NCBI GenBank assembly: GCA_963833985.1
Contig: CAWIAD010000002.1
Coordinates: 3,552,001-3,616,000 of the forward strand
Direction of reading: 5' to 3'
Length of the DNA: 64,000 nucleotides
DNA from: an uncultured Planctomycetaceae bacterium
GTDB taxonomy: Bacteria > Planctomycetota > Planctomycetia > Isosphaerales > Isosphaeraceae
A program made the translations under genes and the position numbers. Position 1 is the stretch's first letter; each line of letters opens with the position of its first letter. Shown piece after piece: positions 60,982-64,000 of the stretch. The notes beneath the pieces were generated by a model. That model saw nothing but the letters and a program-made list of their open reading frames with translations, searched no databases and was not told the DNA's origin.

Positions 60982-61260
60982 ACCGGACACATCGAGGAGG
61001 GCTACCGTTCCTCGCCGTTCCCGTTCGAGGAGGTCACGCCGTCCCGCTTCCACCTCGTACAAAAATTGGACATGAACCGACTCGCCGTCCACATGGGCAC
61101 ATGGTCCGGTTCGCTCCGATACTGCAAAGAGACCGGGCGAGATCCGTTTGAGGAGATACGGGAAGAACTCGTCGCAGCATTGGGCAACCCGGATCAGGAG
61201 CCGGGGGTCGCCTGGACGCTTCATCTGCGAGTCGGGATGATCACAGGAACGAACCCCTGA
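60982..61260 (+). pseudogene. C-terminal remnant of a class I SAM methyltransferase
   Basis: HIEEGYRSSPFPFEEV.P..F...GTWSG...Y....GRDP......L..ALG.P......W.L.LRVG resembles the C-terminus of small SAM methyltransferases; no SAM-binding N-terminus is present. Confidence 0.55.
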
Positions 61261-61309
61261 CAGTGAGCCACTGCCCCGATCAGTCCCTCTCCTCGTGGGA
61301 GCCATCGAC

Positions 61310-61837
61310 GTGGAAACACCGCTTTTCATCTGTTACGCCAACTGCTGCCGGTCGGTGCTGGCTTACTACCTCTATCGCCATCTGCACGCAGACGACCCCG
61401 CCCTGTCTGCTGGTGTGTGTGCGGGAGAGTGTATCAACGACCGTGCGCTCGGGATGCTGAAACACTGGGGTATCGATGCCAGTGGTCACTGCCCCCTCCA
61501 GGTGGACCGTGAACTCTGTAACCAAGCAAGTGCCATCTTCGTGATGGCTCCAGCACACCTCCGTCGTTTGCTGAGGCTCTACGGCGAGGATCTGGACCGG
61601 AAGACCTACCTGTTCGCCGACCCCTTTAGCCAGCCTCGCTCGTTCCACTCTGGCGAATACAAGGTCTACGCCCCGTCCTTCGATCCCCGACCTATCGGAG
61701 AGTTGGTTCACAAATGCCGTTGGATGCGAGAACGGGTCCAGCAGATCGGGCTATCACTTCGGAGCGAGGGCAATACTCTGGTTGCGGCGTCCCAGTATCT
61801 TCCGTTGATCCAAGCGGTCAATCCTGATGATCTCTGA
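61310..61837 (+). CDS. Low-molecular-weight protein-tyrosine phosphatase/ArsC-fold protein
   Basis: P-loop LFICYANCCRS (CX5R), LSAG, GIDASGH and IFVM. Confidence 0.8.
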   Translation: METPLFICYANCCRSVLAYYLYRHLHADDPALSAGVCAGECINDRALGMLKHWGIDASGHCPLQVDRELCNQASAIFVMAPAHLRRLLRLYGEDLDRKTYLFADPFSQPRSFHSGEYKVYAPSFDPRPIGELVHKCRWMRERVQQIGLSLRSEGNTLVAASQYLPLIQAVNPDDL

Positions 61838-61861
61838 AGCGGCGTTGCGACAGTCATCCGC

Positions 61862-62932
61862 TCAGAGATAGCGATCAGGCAGGAAGTAGTGCGGCTTCAA
61901 CTTGGACATGTTGAAAAGCAATATCTCGACGTGGTAATCCACGGCTGGGAATGCATCACGTGGCAGCGAGATGATCGATGTGATCGGCGGGGCTTCGTCC
62001 CGCAGCCAACGCCAACGCTTCGACCTCTTCTCCTGGTGGAGCCGCATCCCCATCGGCGTGATCAGGACGATCGGCGTGTGCCGGGGGACCACTTCGACGA
62101 TCCGCCGCAAGAATCGCTCGGGCTGATAGCCGGTACTGCCTTCGCCATCCTGGCTAAAAGGCGGGTTGCAGAGCACCAGGTCGCACTCGATGCGATCGGG
62201 ACACTCGAAGAAATCCCTCCCCGCTTCGATCTCGAAACTGATGACCCGCCGACCTCGCCAGGGCTTCGTCATTGCCCGTTGCCCGGCGCAAGGGTCGAGG
62301 ATGGTCTGCACGTCGTACTCGGGGCTGATGGTCTCGCAAAGGAACCGTGCGAGACCCGGAGGCGTCTCCTGGTCGGATGGTCTCGGTCTCAGCTTGCCGA
62401 GCCGGAAGTTGTAGTAGGTGCGTCGGTCAGGGCGATCAGGGTCGTTCGGCGGAATCGAGCCGTTCGCAGAGCGTCTCTTCCCGTCCCTCCCGACCAACTT
62501 GTCGAAGTGGATATCGTGACCAGTAGACGTTAAATCATTTCTAACTTTGATGACCGTTGCATGATGGACTCCCAGTGATCTCGCGATCCAGCGATTGGAT
62601 CTGTCGGGATTCTCCTTGATCTCGTCAGCGATGATCTCCCGCTTTGTTTGCCAATCCAACTGCCGACGTGCCAGATTCAACGCTCTGACCTGGGACCGCT
62701 TCTCTTGGTCTGTGAGCCCCTTTGCGACAACGGAAGGGCACTCGTAACCAAGCTCCCTGGCGATCTTCGCCCTTGAGAAGCCATCCAGGATGTAGCCCTT
62801 CTCATCACGGACGATCGGGACTTGGACGCCGTTGATGGCGATGTTGGCTTTGAGCCCGGCGTAGGTCTCGGCATCGAGGGGTGGCAGGAGACGGTACGTT
62901 GTCTCGTCGCGGAGTGCTTTGGTCTTGGGCAT
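61862..62932 (-). CDS. ParB-like N-terminal domain + HTH + DNA adenine methyltransferase-like domain
   Basis: LLPPL....Y..LK..I..NGVQVPI.......ILDG..R, LNLARRQL and SNRWIA..LGV.H.TV; C-terminal ILDPCAG and CNPPF. Confidence 0.8.
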   Translation of the reverse strand: MPKTKALRDETTYRLLPPLDAETYAGLKANIAINGVQVPIVRDEKGYILDGFSRAKIARELGYECPSVVAKGLTDQEKRSQVRALNLARRQLDWQTKREIIADEIKENPDRSNRWIARSLGVHHATVIKVRNDLTSTGHDIHFDKLVGRDGKRRSANGSIPPNDPDRPDRRTYYNFRLGKLRPRPSDQETPPGLARFLCETISPEYDVQTILDPCAGQRAMTKPWRGRRVISFEIEAGRDFFECPDRIECDLVLCNPPFSQDGEGSTGYQPERFLRRIVEVVPRHTPIVLITPMGMRLHQEKRSKRWRWLRDEAPPITSIISLPRDAFPAVDYHVEILLFNMSKLKPHYFLPDRYL

Positions 62933-63046
62933 GGTGAGGGCTCCGATAACTGCACGAAGCGACTTCGCTCCCTGTCTCTTTGGCGGATCGGATGATTATG
63001 TGATCGCCTCACTTTTCGCTTTGGCGATACACCAGGGATTGCTTGA

Positions 63047-63226
63047 TCAGTGTCCAGGGAGGGCGACCTGACGATCCACGGATCGTTCCAACCCGGACTC
63101 GAAAGTGTCGTAGACAAGCCCTGCTACCAGCCACCTCAACGGGACGTGCTTCTCTTGAGCCGTCCGTCGCAGATGGTTCAGGAGGTCAGCGGACAACGTG
63201 ACCCGAACCTGCGGTCCTGCGGTCAT
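63047..63226 (-). CDS. Small ribbon-helix-helix-like protein
   Basis: QVRVTLSADLLNHLRRTAQEKHVPLRWLVAGLV shows a strand-helix-helix pattern. Confidence 0.5.
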   Translation of the reverse strand: MTAGPQVRVTLSADLLNHLRRTAQEKHVPLRWLVAGLVYDTFESGLERSVDRQVALPGH

Positions 63227-63594
63227 GCCGATCCGATGAGTGAGACCAGTGCAGCCTCGTCGGCATGTTGATTCATGATGAGCGTGGTTCATTTTCTGTT
63301 CCTCCAGCAACGGAACCTCAAGGAGAAGAGTCGGGAGGTGACTCAATTCGAGATTCGCCCTTTTCGGTACGCTCGGATCAGGTCGCAATCGACCCTGACG
63401 AAGCCCAGCCATCGGGCAAATCGCACCTGCCGGTAGAAGGCGTACCAGGCTTTTCGGGTTTGGTCTCTGGTTCGTCGGCTTCGGTGGGAGTCCAAGATCG
63501 TCGCTCGCTGATGATGGCTGGGGAGACATCCCGTCGCAGTCTTCCCGATCCCTCGTGACTTGCGGTGCTGTGCCCCTGGGGCATTGCCGAAGGC

Positions 63595-63641
63595 AAAAAA
63601 AGCCGACGTGGGAAAGCATCTAATTGCTCTCCCACGTCGGC
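63595..63641 (-). terminator. Intrinsic terminator-like hairpin
   Basis: 12-bp perfect stem GCCGACGTGGGA/TCCCACGTCGGC followed by T7 on the minus strand. Confidence 0.65.
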
Positions 63642-64000
63642 TTACTCTTTAACGAACCTCCCGGCAGCGCCGGGTTGTCCTTCATCTCGTCATCCGACCA
63701 CTTGTAATGTTGATTATCCGCTTCGGATCGGGGAATGCAAGTGCTTACCCACTCCGACTCTTGGGCGGAACTCGATGGCAAGTCCGCTGGATCGACCCGA
63801 TTGGCGCTTCGTCGTGCTGGTGGGAACCTGCGACATCAGCGGCAAAGAGAAGACCCTCCAGTCCCGGGACCATGCTCGTTACATAAGGCAGGCGGCTCGG
63901 CAGTTGCGTGTCCGACGAGCGGCTGGACAAGGCGGCACGCTGCGGCATCACCGGTAGCTGGGCTTGACCAGCTTCAAAGGGTATGACCCCCTCCGCCGAA

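Noticed and set aside
63227..64000. ORFs 63047..63619 (long form), 63565..63957 and 63735..63986
   Set aside because: Low-complexity translations crossing the hairpin elements, with no recognisable family.

Overview
The window is high-GC bacterial DNA, most likely Planctomycetota; this is inferred from the ECF sigma/Ser-Thr kinase pair, the DUF1080-like domains and the style of the integrase. Bases 1-4570 hold a uronate/aldarate catabolism cluster: a GH67 alpha-glucuronidase carrying a frameshift, a glucarate-dehydratase-like enolase and an ExuT-type MFS transporter. A truncated caspase-family gene and an ECF sigma + membrane kinase pair follow. At 9377-9423 lies the 3' half of tRNA-Ala(GGC), an att site. 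Next to it is a tyrosine-integrase gene broken by IS630 and by a four-gene DDE/ExeA-ATPase transposon. Together these mark the left edge of an integrated island that appears to run past the right end of the window (>54 kb). Island cargo includes methyltransferases, a pRiA4b-ORF3/SEC-C cluster (one copy split by IS1634), a probable selenocysteine-containing ArsM-like methyltransferase and a HEPN gene split by IS701. It also includes a ~26 kb co-oriented minus-strand run headed by a DISARM-related defence operon: DrmD-like SNF2 ATPase, N6-adenine MTase, a degenerate-Nudix protein, an unknown REase-like protein, a 1789-aa DEAH/DUF1998/nuclease helicase and an EVE-Mrr nuclease. PD-(D/E)xK, HNH and HEPN genes trail behind it. 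A divergent GHKL-ATPase-nuclease gene split by a single TAG, an LMW phosphatase and a ParB-MTase fusion close the window. I saw no rRNA, intact tRNA or CRISPR array. All family calls come from motif recognition by eye, with no database search.
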